In this document: positions 12,039 through 22,883 of the stretch, piece after piece
Numbering within the stretch: position 1 is the first letter of the stretch
Layout of the letters: each line of letters opens with the position of its first letter
Source of the DNA: an uncultured Nitrososphaeraceae archaeon
Lineage (GTDB): Archaea; Thermoproteota; Nitrososphaeria; Nitrososphaerales; Nitrososphaeraceae
Assembly (NCBI GenBank): GCA_963837175.1
Contig: CAWIMJ010000016.1
Coordinates: 106,474-170,473 of the forward strand
Length of the DNA: 64,000 nt
Direction of reading: 5' to 3'
The notes under the pieces: generated by a model
What the model saw: only the letters and a program-made list of their open reading frames with translations
What the model was told of the DNA's origin: nothing
Databases searched by the model: none
Position numbers and translations under genes: made by a program

Positions 12039-12665
12039 ATGGGAAGACGGGCTCTAATTTATCTTGCTCACATAAATCCGTTGACTAAGGCACATCAGAC
12101 TATCATCACTTCATTTCTAAAAAAGAATTATGATATCTATATTTTTCCAGTGAGATTTTTAAAAGATGGAAGGGAGATCAATACACGAAGCTTCCCATTT
12201 CCTTATATAGTAAGAAAAGCTATGGTAGAATCAGTATTTAGTCATAATAATAATATATCAATTTTACCAGACTATACATTTTTTTATCCTTTTATAAAAT
12301 ATTTGCCACCTTTAATTTCTCCTTATTCTTGGATTCTGCGAAATCAAATACTTAGAAATATTAAAGAAAATGATTTCGTTGCTTACACAGGCGATAGAAT
12401 AGAGAGTATAGGATTGAAATTATACAAGCTTCATCCAATCAAATCAAAGAGACTAGAAGTTTCTGCTTCTGAGGTGAAAGAAATGTTATATCATCAAGCC
12501 ATCAAAGGAACTGTATACGATGGTGAAGCATGGCGTAATAAGGTACCAGAAAAAGTTGTTGGCTTAATCAAGGAAAATTGGAAAACAATAGAGAAATATG
12601 CAAAATCGCCTGATTTCACAACGAGGATAATGGGAATGAAGTTTCCAAAAGAAGGTCTTTTTTAG
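12039..12665 (+). CDS. cytidylyltransferase-like (HIGH-type nucleotidyltransferase) protein
   Basis: AHINPLTKAH HIGH-like motif, PFPYxxRxxM, VSASEVK and VPEKV resemble NMNAT/PPAT fold. Confidence 0.7.
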   Translation: MGRRALIYLAHINPLTKAHQTIITSFLKKNYDIYIFPVRFLKDGREINTRSFPFPYIVRKAMVESVFSHNNNISILPDYTFFYPFIKYLPPLISPYSWILRNQILRNIKENDFVAYTGDRIESIGLKLYKLHPIKSKRLEVSASEVKEMLYHQAIKGTVYDGEAWRNKVPEKVVGLIKENWKTIEKYAKSPDFTTRIMGMKFPKEGLF

Positions 12666-12685
12666 AAGATTTTTATAATCCAAAA

Positions 12686-13618
12686 ATGACTTTGGCTTCG
12701 ATGAAGATAAAGGGTGCAGAATATATCTGGTTTGATGGTAAGTTCGTCAGGTGGGACGAAGCGACTGTTCCTATTATGACCCATGCTTTACATTATGGAA
12801 CTGCTGTCTTTGAAGGTATACGGGCATATGCTTCAAGAAATAACTTGTATATATTCAAATTGAAGGAACATATGGAACGACTTCACCGTTCTGCCAGAGT
12901 ATATTCTATTGCTCTTAATTATTCTACAAAAGATCTCTGTGAAGCAACTACACAGTTATTAAAAAAGACAGGGCTGAGGGAGTCATGCTATATAAGACCT
13001 TTGACATTTGTAGGATTGCATGGGATAGATCTGGATATTACTAGCGAATCTCCAACTCATACGGTGATTATAATTTTTCCATTTGCAAAATATTTTAAGG
13101 GAGAAGGCATTAAAGCATGTATTTCGTCGTGGCGTAGAATTCATGATACTGCAACTCCGCCTATGGTGAAGGCTGCAGGAAATTATCTTAATTCTATACT
13201 TGCAACCCAAGAAAGCAAACGTAATGGATATGACGAATCCATTTTGCTTGATAGAGATGGATATGTCAGTGAGGCATCGGGTGAAAATATATTTTTAGTG
13301 AGGAATAGCAATATCTATACTCCCTCTATAGCTAGTTCTGTACTCGAAGGAATTACACGCGACACTGCAATAACCATTGCAAAGAATTTAGGATATGAAG
13401 TAAAGGAGCGTTCTATCTCGAGGACAGAACTATATATGGCAGACGAAATATTTTTGACAGGTACTGCCGCTGAAATCATCGCTGTCACTAGTGTTGATGA
13501 CCGAACGATAGGTAATGGGACAGAAGGTTTGATTACAAAGAGTATTCGTGAAAAGTATTCAGAAATCGTATCCGCACGTGTCGAAGATTTTATGAGTTGG
13601 TTGACTCCTATATGGTAG
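12686..13618 (+). CDS. ilvE: branched-chain amino acid aminotransferase
   Basis: HALHYGTAVFEGIRAY, KAAGNY, EASGENIF, LEGITR, GTAAEI. Confidence 0.95.
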   Translation: MTLASMKIKGAEYIWFDGKFVRWDEATVPIMTHALHYGTAVFEGIRAYASRNNLYIFKLKEHMERLHRSARVYSIALNYSTKDLCEATTQLLKKTGLRESCYIRPLTFVGLHGIDLDITSESPTHTVIIIFPFAKYFKGEGIKACISSWRRIHDTATPPMVKAAGNYLNSILATQESKRNGYDESILLDRDGYVSEASGENIFLVRNSNIYTPSIASSVLEGITRDTAITIAKNLGYEVKERSISRTELYMADEIFLTGTAAEIIAVTSVDDRTIGNGTEGLITKSIREKYSEIVSARVEDFMSWLTPIW

Positions 13619-14578
13619 TAAGAGAAGGCAAGCATAAACTAGCTATTGTCGGCGTTGGAGGATGGGGTAAAAATCACGCAAGAGTTTTGCATGATTTCGG
13701 TAGTTTGGTAGCGATATGTGAGAGTGACCCTCAGCGTGGGAAAGAACTAGCAGATAAGTACGGTGCAAGATTATACTCTTCCATAGATGTCATGCTGAAC
13801 AACGAGCAAAAATTAGATGCATGTCTAGTCTGTACACCAACTAAAACGCATTATGATATTGCCAAGAGAATAATGGAAAAAGGAATCAATGTTTTTGTTG
13901 AAAAACCACTCTCTTTTTCTTCTAAAGAATGCGAAGAAATGATGGATGTAGCTGAAAGAAATAAAGTTATTTTGACTTCGGGTTACATTGAGCGGTTCAA
14001 CCCTGCTGTACAAGAAGTTAAACAGCTTATAGACTGCAATACATATGGGGATCTACTAATGATGGAATTTCATAGGGAAAACCGCATGCCATTACATGTC
14101 AAAGATGTTGGAATTATTTATGATACTTCGGTTCATGATATTGATACTGCGATGTTTCTGTTTAATTGTAGGCCACAAGTTGTATTTGCTCTTTCCGGTA
14201 AGAAATTCCACACTTATGAAGATTTTGCTACTATTATGTTAGGTTTCCGCGGTCACAAAGTAGCAATTATTGCATCAAACTGGATTACTCCAAAGAAAGT
14301 TAGAAAGTTTAGTGCAGTATGCACTGATGGTACAATTGCTGGAGATTTTATCACACAAGAAATTACTATTGACTATAAAGATGCCACCATAATTCCTCGC
14401 CGCCAACAATTTCAGGAACCCTTGACTGTGGAACTGCAAAGTCTTTTGGATGCGATAGATGGCAAAATCGACAAGCCAGTTATTTCAGCAATTGAGGCGA
14501 CAAATGTTACAAGAGTAGCAGAGGCGAGCACTTTTATCTAGTAATACTGGCTCTCCAATTTATCTGGATCTGGAATAA
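13612..14578 (+). CDS. Gfo/Idh/MocA family oxidoreductase (apparent indel ~14527)
   Basis: VGVGGWGKNH, VEKP, GYIERFNP, DTSVHDID; expected C-terminus ALLSSNTGSPIYLDLE continues in another frame. Confidence 0.9.
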
Positions 14579-14582
14579 TAAT

Positions 14583-14891
14583 ATGAAAAAATCAATGCTT
14601 GACATTCTTGCATGTCCTATAGACAAACACTATCCATTAGAATTGTACGAAATCAATATAAAAAATGATAACGACAATAACGATATTGATCACAATGACA
14701 GTAATATCATTATAACTGAAGGTGTTTTGTTTTGTACTAAATGCTCTCGTTTTTATCCTATCATAGATGAGATTCCAGTCATGTTGCCAGATGAACTACG
14801 TGAAAAACAAACAGATATTAATTTTCTAAAGCAATGGAATGACAAAATTCCTGAAAAAGTTACAAAGCATGGAAATCCATACCATCTTTAG
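14583..14891 (+). CDS. Trm112 family protein
   Basis: LDILACP, EGVLFCTKCSRFYPIIDEIPVMLPDE. Confidence 0.9.
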   Translation: MKKSMLDILACPIDKHYPLELYEINIKNDNDNNDIDHNDSNIIITEGVLFCTKCSRFYPIIDEIPVMLPDELREKQTDINFLKQWNDKIPEKVTKHGNPYHL

Positions 14892-15624
14892 AATAAAAAA
14901 AGAATTGAGAGAAAGGCATAGGAGAAGACAGCTATGCAAATCATGGCAATAGTACGAATGAGTCTCGCGTAATACACTGTATTTTGAACCTGCAATAAAT
15001 TAATAAAAATGTGAAGACCTGGCATTTTGCATATGTTTGGAGACATCAATAAAGGTGATAATGTTTCGAGCGCTCTCTTTCGCTCTGACTCAAATGACTA
15101 TAAAGTAAAAACCCGGCTATAATACAAGAAGTTAATGTTCTACGCACGTCATTAGCATGTATAGCAAAGGTATTCATTGGTCCAATATTAGTTTTATCAA
15201 TGATATTTTATCCTATGAACCATAAAATGGTTGAGATATCCATATATATGAAGATGTAATTAGTGGCAAAGGAGAAGAAATACGGAGTAAGAATTTTGAA
15301 CGATTAGAGTAGTCACAATAGCGGCAGATTGAAAAAAATGTCCTACGCATTGTTATGTCATGAACCACTGACTTAAGTGAAATATTCCAGATGTGAATAA
15401 TGACATGGAAAAAAGGATTTTGAGAATTAAACGTATCGTCCATTAACTATCAATAAATAAATATTACACTGAATTAAAGACTGATTATAACCTGAATAAA
15501 CTGTTAGTACAATTAACGACTAATAGTGCTTTCGAATATTTGTCATCCTGAGAGATTGTTAATGTTATTAATTATGAAAACAATGAAGGATTAGAAAAAT
15601 GTTAATCAGTCTACATGGCTTGAA

Positions 15625-16821
15625 TTATTTTTCTGATGATATTTTATCAAATGTCGTTTCGCATACAGGATTCGCTTTCATCAAGATAAAATCTGAGTTT
15701 CGTTTGTTTTTAGTTATAACTTTGGAAAAATCATATTTAGAACAAGCTACAATTATCATTGTTTTATCAGTTGGGTATAGATCAAAAGTGACACCTTGCT
15801 GTCGGTCAACATCTCCTATGTAATCTTTCAGTTTTGATTCAAGAGACGATAGTAGTTCTATCTTGTCGCCTCTCATCTCATTTGGATCTAGTGTCCAAGC
15901 AATGGCTACTTTAGTCCTACTTGCCTTTAATTCGCGTTTCCGTAGTATATCCCTAATTTCATCTATTAGATGTTTTATATAACCTTCTATGCCTTTGAGT
16001 GCACCGTTAACAAGATACATCAAAGGCCCTGCGCCACCCAAAGACGATCCAATTGCTCTTAAGTCATATAATCCGTTTGCAACATCATCAAGATATATCT
16101 CTCTGTATCCATGATGCATCACTTCCGTACGGACATTAGCATCATGGGCATGTTTACAAATTTCTAAGATGCTAGCCATGCCAGTGTAATGCCCTAAGAT
16201 CTTGATGGAATGGACAAACTCTGCGGAAATGACGTTTACATAATTCAATTTATCATGTATGTTAGGATCATATAGCATCTTGGTTATCTGCGTATCCTGT
16301 CTTGATTTTAATGAACCTATCAAAGTTTCTGGACCTATAATGGCATCTGTATTGATCGGCATATAATAATAGAAAATATCTTTGCCTACAGACATACCGG
16401 TTATATGTTCAATTAATCCAATGTTTTCATTACTCCCTCCAATTCCCGTGGGAAGAGTATAAATAATTGAAGATCCCCTTTTCAAGGCTCTAATTGCATC
16501 TCTAAACTTGGATGTAACATCACTCTTTACCTCTTGTCCAATCTTCCGGATTCTTGGTGCAAAAAATATATAGTTAGCTTCACTAATTGCTACGTCAATT
16601 GGTTCGAGAGCTAGTAATGGTTCATCCTCGATTAAAGAGCTTACATTAGGATAGGTCCGAGCAATATCTGGCTTTAACATTATAGCCATTCGAGCAGATT
16701 CATCGATTAATGAAACCTTCAAACCTTTAGTTGCAATTGAAGAGGCAATGCGATAGCCTTCTGTACTTAATCCATATACTGCCGCTGTTATCGTTGTTGA
16801 CGACGCTGATCTAGCACTCAA
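15625..16821 (-). CDS. nucleotide-sugar dehydrogenase-like protein (divergent)
   Basis: N-terminal Rossmann-like AVYGLSTEG; C-terminal KVAIAW...D.R pattern as in UDP-glucose/GDP-mannose dehydrogenases. Confidence 0.6.
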   Translation of the reverse strand: MSARSASSTTITAAVYGLSTEGYRIASSIATKGLKVSLIDESARMAIMLKPDIARTYPNVSSLIEDEPLLALEPIDVAISEANYIFFAPRIRKIGQEVKSDVTSKFRDAIRALKRGSSIIYTLPTGIGGSNENIGLIEHITGMSVGKDIFYYYMPINTDAIIGPETLIGSLKSRQDTQITKMLYDPNIHDKLNYVNVISAEFVHSIKILGHYTGMASILEICKHAHDANVRTEVMHHGYREIYLDDVANGLYDLRAIGSSLGGAGPLMYLVNGALKGIEGYIKHLIDEIRDILRKRELKASRTKVAIAWTLDPNEMRGDKIELLSSLESKLKDYIGDVDRQQGVTFDLYPTDKTMIIVACSKYDFSKVITKNKRNSDFILMKANPVCETTFDKISSEK

Positions 16822-16927
16822 ATTATATAATGACCTTCCTCCAAAAGCATCGCCCCAATCTCCTTAGCTATCTAAAGTATGGTTAAAGAAAAGGTTTTTC
16901 CATTGCAATTTAGTTATCGGATTATCT

Positions 16928-18001
16928 TTGAGAGTTTGGTTTGACATATTAACACCAAAACAGGTGATGTTTTTTAAACCTGCACTGGATTTGTTTAGGG
17001 AAGCTGGTCATGAATTATTATGCACATCTAGAGAATATAGAGAAGTAGTAGAACTGTCGAAGATGAAGCAAATTCATCTCAAAATTGTTGGAAGACACGG
17101 AGGAGCAGGAAAATACGAGAAATTGCGTGAAAGTGCTAATAGGATATTTGAATTATCCCATATGATAAAGCAATTTGAGCCTGATGTTGCGATAGCTTTT
17201 TCGTCACCCGAAGCATCTAGAGTTTCATATGGACTTGGAATCAGCCATATTGGATTCAATGATTCCCCACATGCTGAAGCCGTTGCACGACTTACAATCC
17301 CGCTTATGGACCATCTGTTCTCTCCCTGGGTTATACCTTATTCTGCATGGAATACATTTGGGATTCCAAAAAATAGGATAACAAGATATAGAGCTTTGGA
17401 TCCTGCGGCATGGCTCAAACGGAGCCCTCTATCTCCATCTTCAGCATCCAATTTGACAAAGGAAATAGGTCTTGAAGTATCGAAAAGGAACGTTTTGATA
17501 AGATTAGAAGAGACAAAAGCTTCCTATATTGCAGACAAGAAGATAGAAAACACTATACATATGGTCGATGCTATTGTTGATAATTTATCAGCGACAACTA
17601 ATATTATTATTTTATGCAGATATGAAGATCAGATAATCGAAATTACAAAAAGATACAAGGGAAAAGCTTATGTTATGCAAAATGTCCCAGATGGGACCTT
17701 ATTAATATCATTAGCTGACTTATTCATTGGGGCTGGAGGTACAATGACAGCCGAAGCATCATTACTTGGAAAACCTACTATTTCTATCGCTCCTGTTCGC
17801 TTTTACGTTGAAAAGTACTTAATCAATTCAGGCCTTGTAAGACGCGCTGTTGGTTCTAGAGACCTTATTCGGCTAAGTAAGAAGATGCTAACCGATGAAC
17901 AGTATATTATTAGTCAAGAGAATAGAGCGAGATTTATCCTTGATAGTATGGATGATCCTATTGATAAGATGTTCACATTTATAACAAATCGGCTGTGTTA
18001 A
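16928..18001 (+). CDS. DUF354 family GT-B-like protein; 3' end altered by IS insertion
   Basis: VWFDILTPKQ, VGRHGG, NDSPHA, GAGGTMTAEASLLGKPTIS. Confidence 0.85.
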   Translation: MRVWFDILTPKQVMFFKPALDLFREAGHELLCTSREYREVVELSKMKQIHLKIVGRHGGAGKYEKLRESANRIFELSHMIKQFEPDVAIAFSSPEASRVSYGLGISHIGFNDSPHAEAVARLTIPLMDHLFSPWVIPYSAWNTFGIPKNRITRYRALDPAAWLKRSPLSPSSASNLTKEIGLEVSKRNVLIRLEETKASYIADKKIENTIHMVDAIVDNLSATTNIIILCRYEDQIIEITKRYKGKAYVMQNVPDGTLLISLADLFIGAGGTMTAEASLLGKPTISIAPVRFYVEKYLINSGLVRRAVGSRDLIRLSKKMLTDEQYIISQENRARFILDSMDDPIDKMFTFITNRLC

Positions 18002-18732
18002 GTTAAGGATAAAGATATAGCTGCAAATGTACTCTTATATCCCATGGATCGTGTGGTCGTGTTTGAACGTAAGAGAACATCCGCATAGATAGTAGTGTAT
18101 GCACTATACTTACATTTTCTAGTCTGATTTTTTAAATACTTCTAAGGCATTGGAAGCTTTTAAAGAAAATAAACGAAGTCATGTTGCAGTATGGAACTGG
18201 GCATAACAATTGATCTAAAAATAATCTACTCTATAAAGATTAGGGTCAGTGCTTTTCTCATAGAGAAGACCATAATCCAAATGGGCCATAATGATGCATG
18301 GTTATAGGTTGCAATTGAACCTACTCGTAGAATGGTTATAGATGTCTATCTATTGTCTATCTATCACTACACATAAATATATGCTTGTAATAGAAAGCTT
18401 TCTATAATCATTACTTGAAAAGCTATGGTAAGCAGAGTGGAAACTCAGATGGAGAATATGACACCCTGAGTTATGTTCTTCTCTTGGTCTTGAGTATATA
18501 CTTCATCTCCGTTTGAGAAAAGCATTATTGAAGATCTATCCAATATTTTAAGGGCAGAAGAGAATGTTTTGATGACTATTATCCTTGCCGACGCATGGGT
18601 TGTTGTGGGATATCTCATGTATACAAATGGGCAAGCTTGTTTATGTTTAAGTGAACGCCGAAATTAGATATATCAAATTTACTACAATGATTAGATTAAT
18701 GAGGGGGTGATCAGCCTTAACTTAACACAGCC
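17991..18732 (+). mobile_element. decayed IS6-family insertion sequence
   Basis: 18-bp perfect TIRs GGCTGTGTTAAGTTAAGG (17991-18008 / 18715-18732); 8-bp TSD aacaaatc/aacaaacc; transposase remnants KRSHVAVWNW, VAIEP, FEKSIIE, CFDDYYPC with many stops. Confidence 0.9.
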
Positions 18733-18788
18733 AACAAACCATGCGTAACATTCTAAAGATAGTAAATTATACGAAAAATACGCCCGGA

Positions 18789-18879
18789 AGCCCGGTAGAG
18801 TAATGAATTCGCCGAATGTAGTGGCCAAGCATAGAGGCCTTTGGAGCCTTTGACCCCAGTTCGAATCTGGGCCGGGCTA
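18789..18879 (+). tRNA. tRNA-Gln(TTG) with 18-nt non-canonical intron at 10/11 (18799-18816)
   Basis: Acceptor AGCCCGG/CCGGGCT, anticodon arm GAGGC-CTTTGGA-GCCTT, T arm CCCAG-TTCGAAT-CTGGG; removing the intron restores the D stem. Confidence 0.9.
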
Positions 18880-19019
18880 GGTTTTGTTTATAAACAATAC
18901 ACTAGATTATTTATTCTCTTTATTTTTGATAACCAAATATAAGATACATATTACTCGATGCAAATTAGTAAATTCTTTGCAAATGTCTATCTATCTTGGA
19001 TTTGTTATCTTTATTAGGA

Positions 19020-20498
19020 TCAGTCTTTTAAGTAATTTTCAACAGATATCTTTAGGTTTTGGAAGGCAGCATCAACATTCTTCTTCCGTTTTGGCACTCC
19101 CTCCTTATAACCTGAGAGCCTACGTCTAGAAAACATAATCATTTCCTCCTGCTCCTTTGGATTTGGGGAGCCAAAAGAGATTCGTAACTCAAGAGATCTT
19201 TGCGGAGTGAGGTCTTGTATGACTCGCATTAATTCGGCTGGTTGCAGATCTGATTCAATTTTTTCCACTACCTCTTTAATATCTTGTTCTTCTAACATCA
19301 TAATCTGACCTTTGTTTTGGCGAGCTGCCTTCTCAACAAGACATCCGACTAGTTTGTGGGCAAGACGAAAAGGCATTGCTTTCTTTATAACTAATTGTTC
19401 TGCAATATCTACAGAGAGAGCATAGCTATTCTTTGCTGTCTCTCGCATCTTCTCTTTGTGAACGTCAATTGAAGTTACAACTCTGTTAACTATTTTTACA
19501 GCTTCAAGAGCAGTACTTGATGTGTTCCATAAATGAGGTTTTAACTCTTGCAGATCTCTGCTGTATCCTGATGGAAGAGCTTTTACAATAGATAGGATCG
19601 TGACCAAATTACCAATAACAGATGACGCTTTTGCCCTGATAAGTTCTAAAGGATCTGCATTCTTCTTCTGCGGCATTGCACTGGAGGAAGAACTATATTC
19701 ATCCGAGAGCTCCAGATATCCAAACTCAGCGGTGGACCAGAGTATAAAATCTTCTGCCAATCTACTTAACGTATTCATGAGAATTGAGATCACTGATGTA
19801 AACTCTATAAGGGTATCCCGCGAACTAGTTGCATCAACAGAATTTCTTAATAATCCGTCAAAGCCTAAAAAAACAGCAGTTGTTTTTCTATTAATGTTAA
19901 TGCTCGAACCACCTATTGCACATGCGCCGAGAGGTGATTGGTTGATTCTTCCATATGTAACATAAAGTCTATCCATATCTCTAAAAAGCGCGTCCACATA
20001 GGACAAAAGATAGTGAGAAAAGGTTCCTATTTGAGCCTGCTGAAGGTGAGTATACATAGGCATTACAGTTTCTTTATTCTCGGTTGCCTTCTTCAATAGT
20101 GAATCAATCAGATCAATAATTGCAAGACAAATGTTGTTAATATCATCACGCACCTTCATTCTAATGTCAAGTATTACCTGATCATTTCTTGATCTTGCAG
20201 TATGCATTTTCCCGCCTGCATCTATACCAGCCTGTTTTATAACAAATGATTCTAACGATTCATGAATATCTTCAAAACTGTCTGTTTTTAGTTGTGTGGG
20301 ATCCTTTCTAACATCCTCTAAAGCTTGCAAGATTTTTTTTAATTCTTGGATAGACAAAAGGCCAATATCACATAACATCATAGAATGCGCTTCGCTTCCC
20401 ATTATGTCATAATATAATAAATCTTGATCAGCATCCATTGAGGAGAGAAACTTCAAAGTATCCTCATTGAGTGAACCTCTTGGTCTTGATCGATACAC
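19020..20498 (-). CDS. argH: argininosuccinate lyase
   Basis: EDIH, HTARSRNDQ, THLQQAQ, SSAMPQKKN, GYSRDLQE. Confidence 0.95.
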   Translation of the reverse strand: MYRSRPRGSLNEDTLKFLSSMDADQDLLYYDIMGSEAHSMMLCDIGLLSIQELKKILQALEDVRKDPTQLKTDSFEDIHESLESFVIKQAGIDAGGKMHTARSRNDQVILDIRMKVRDDINNICLAIIDLIDSLLKKATENKETVMPMYTHLQQAQIGTFSHYLLSYVDALFRDMDRLYVTYGRINQSPLGACAIGGSSININRKTTAVFLGFDGLLRNSVDATSSRDTLIEFTSVISILMNTLSRLAEDFILWSTAEFGYLELSDEYSSSSSAMPQKKNADPLELIRAKASSVIGNLVTILSIVKALPSGYSRDLQELKPHLWNTSSTALEAVKIVNRVVTSIDVHKEKMRETAKNSYALSVDIAEQLVIKKAMPFRLAHKLVGCLVEKAARQNKGQIMMLEEQDIKEVVEKIESDLQPAELMRVIQDLTPQRSLELRISFGSPNPKEQEEMIMFSRRRLSGYKEGVPKRKKNVDAAFQNLKISVENYLKD

Positions 20499-20684
20499 AA
20501 ACAGAATTTAATAAAATGGGTTTATTTAACCTATAATATATATGATAATTCACTCCCATTGTTTAGAAAAAATCAAAATCTTTTTAATACAAATGATGTT
20601 AATTTTACCAATTATGATCCATGGACATTATCTTTTTCCAATTATATGCAATAGTTAAATAGGGTTTTACAAACTTATGTTATT

Positions 20685-21005
20685 ATGAGCCAGGACATGC
20701 AACAAACTCGTAGACTAATATTTGATGAATTAACGAAGATTGTCGATCCAGAAATTGGAGTGTCTATAATGGAACTAGAATTAGTTGACAACGTCGACAT
20801 TAATGCAGATAAGGTAAATATCGATTTACACTTGACTAGCCCATTTTGCCCAGCAGTGTTTGGTTTCAAGATTGCTCAAGATGTTAGAGATAATGTCTAT
20901 AAAGTTCAGGGTATAGAAGGTGTTAAAGTCAATGTTAGTAATCACTTCATGGCTGATGCTATAAATAAGCAAGTAAATGAAAGTAAGCTTCCACCTAAAT
21001 CCTAA
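20685..21005 (+). CDS. metal-sulfur cluster assembly factor (DUF59/SufT-like)
   Basis: VDPEIGVSIMELELV, LTSPFCP. Confidence 0.9.
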   Translation: MSQDMQQTRRLIFDELTKIVDPEIGVSIMELELVDNVDINADKVNIDLHLTSPFCPAVFGFKIAQDVRDNVYKVQGIEGVKVNVSNHFMADAINKQVNESKLPPKS

Positions 21006-21188
21006 ATTTGTAATAAACTGGTGAGAATTTAGTACTAATGAGCATATAGCAATGTTATGATTTTCATTTTATGATACACTCATCATCGAGTCAAAATTAA
21101 TGCTCTTCTGATTAAGTCTAGTTTTTAAAATTTCAACGATATACTATTGGTGAAGATGGAGCAAAATTATTGAATGTTCCTTTTGACA

Positions 21189-22038
21189 TCAGATTGTGCT
21201 TTGATTCTGAAATTTTGCTATTTTTTTTTCATTTTTTGAAAAACCCATCAAATGACCTCTCAGTAGTTGAATGCCCAATGCTGGATCTACTCCTTTCGGA
21301 CAAACTGTACTACATGATCCAGCAAAATGACATCTCCAAATACCATGTTTCTCATCTACGATATTCAATCGCTCTTTGGTATCATTGTCCCGTGTATCTG
21401 CATAGTATCTGTAAGCCTGTGACAAAGCCTGGGGACCAGGGAATTTCGTATCCGTGGCTACAGTAGGACACGCAGAGTAACATAATCCACATTTGATACA
21501 ATAGGAGAATTGCAAATATTTATCAACTTCTTCCACACTCTGTTTGAATTCTATTAACTTTTTGCTGTCCGTCATATTACTATTTTCATTATGTATATAG
21601 GGCTGCATTTTTTTGTGGTGATTAAAAAATTGTGAAAAGTCTGTTACGAGATCTCGGATAAGAGGAAAATTTGTAAGGGGTTCACATATGATAGTATTAC
21701 CCTCTAACTCTGAAATCTTTGTGTAACAAGCAAGTCTTGGAATTCCGTTAATTTTCATTCCACAAGATCCACATGAGGCCATTCGACATGAGTATCTTAT
21801 TCCAATACTACTATCATGATAACTCTTTGCATAAAGAAGAGCATCAAGAACAGTTGTCCAACGCTGTACCTGGTACCTCAAAGGAATCGTAGCTAACAAA
21901 ATCTCCCTTGGATCTGTTAGCACGGAATACTTTTAGTACAACATTATTGCGAAGTATTTCCTTTTTACTATTATCATCTTTTCTATTCCTATTTTTTATC
22001 ATTCCTATTTTTTTAATGATTTCCTTCATTTTACTCAC
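21189..22038 (-). CDS. sdhB: succinate dehydrogenase iron-sulfur subunit (apparent indel ~21870)
   Basis: SCRMASCGSCG, CIKCGLCYSACP, CHFAGSCSTVCP; N-terminal LKVFR...SFEVP lies in an adjacent frame. Confidence 0.92.
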
Positions 22039-22403
22039 TCTAATCCTAGTTGGTTAGCCATTATTATTGTTCTAGTACCATATGCAATTATAACTACCAT
22101 CGCAGTTATAGTGAATATTGTAATGCCGTTTTCCCATATCTCATTCTGTCTCAATTCAAGCAATATGGTTCGTAGGCCGTTAAAACCGTGTATTGCAATG
22201 AGTACGAGTATCGACTCCAGAAGAAATGCATATGGGATATTATGGTAGTTTACGATCACATTTTGGTACTGTAGGCTCATATTATATGGTATTATTAGAC
22301 GCATTAAAATATGCACAGCGACTACAAATAGTGCTCCTATTGCTGTAATGTAATGTATTTTCATAATTTGACTTTCATGCAGGAGTATCTTTCTTGTCTT
22401 CAT
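22035..22403 (-). CDS. sdhD: succinate dehydrogenase membrane anchor subunit
   Basis: 3 TM helices, HGFNGLRTILLE, operon position. Confidence 0.85.
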   Translation of the reverse strand: MKTRKILLHESQIMKIHYITAIGALFVVAVHILMRLIIPYNMSLQYQNVIVNYHNIPYAFLLESILVLIAIHGFNGLRTILLELRQNEIWENGITIFTITAMVVIIAYGTRTIIMANQLGLE

Positions 22404-22427
22404 CAGTACATCTCCTTTTATTATTTT

Positions 22428-22883
22428 CTATTCTCCGCCAAGGAGTACACTAGAACCATAAAGCATTGCTACAGCAGCTAATATTAATGCAACCCATATT
22501 CCAGACTTCTGTCGATAGTTAAGTGACATGGCATCATAGGGATAGTCGGGTCTTCCAGGTTTGCCCAATCCCTTACCCGCATGGGTAAATATCAATCTAA
22601 TACCGTTAGTGGAATGGAAAGTACTTGTTATTATCACCAATATCAAGAAAAGATGTCCCCATTGTGTTTGAGTTAACTCTAACATAGCACTCCATGCATC
22701 TGGACCTCTTGTCAGAGAGCTTGTTTCGTAAACATGGCCTATAAAATAGATGAGCAAGAATACTCCAGTTAATCTTTGTAGCCAATAGGATATACGCTCC
22801 CAGCCATATCTTGTGGGGTTTAGCCACCCTTTCAAACCCTCGCGATTATTGCGATCATAATCACTTTCTTTTGAGCTTTCCAT
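22428..22883 (-). CDS. sdhC: succinate dehydrogenase cytochrome b subunit
   Basis: LQRLTG, GH, FHSTNGIRL; operon position. Confidence 0.88.
   Translation of the reverse strand: MESSKESDYDRNNREGLKGWLNPTRYGWERISYWLQRLTGVFLLIYFIGHVYETSSLTRGPDAWSAMLELTQTQWGHLFLILVIITSTFHSTNGIRLIFTHAGKGLGKPGRPDYPYDAMSLNYRQKSGIWVALILAAVAMLYGSSVLLGGE

Noticed and set aside
14900-15600. Possible gene remnants in the intergenic region
   Set aside because: Only short, stop-ridden fragments with no recognisable motif.
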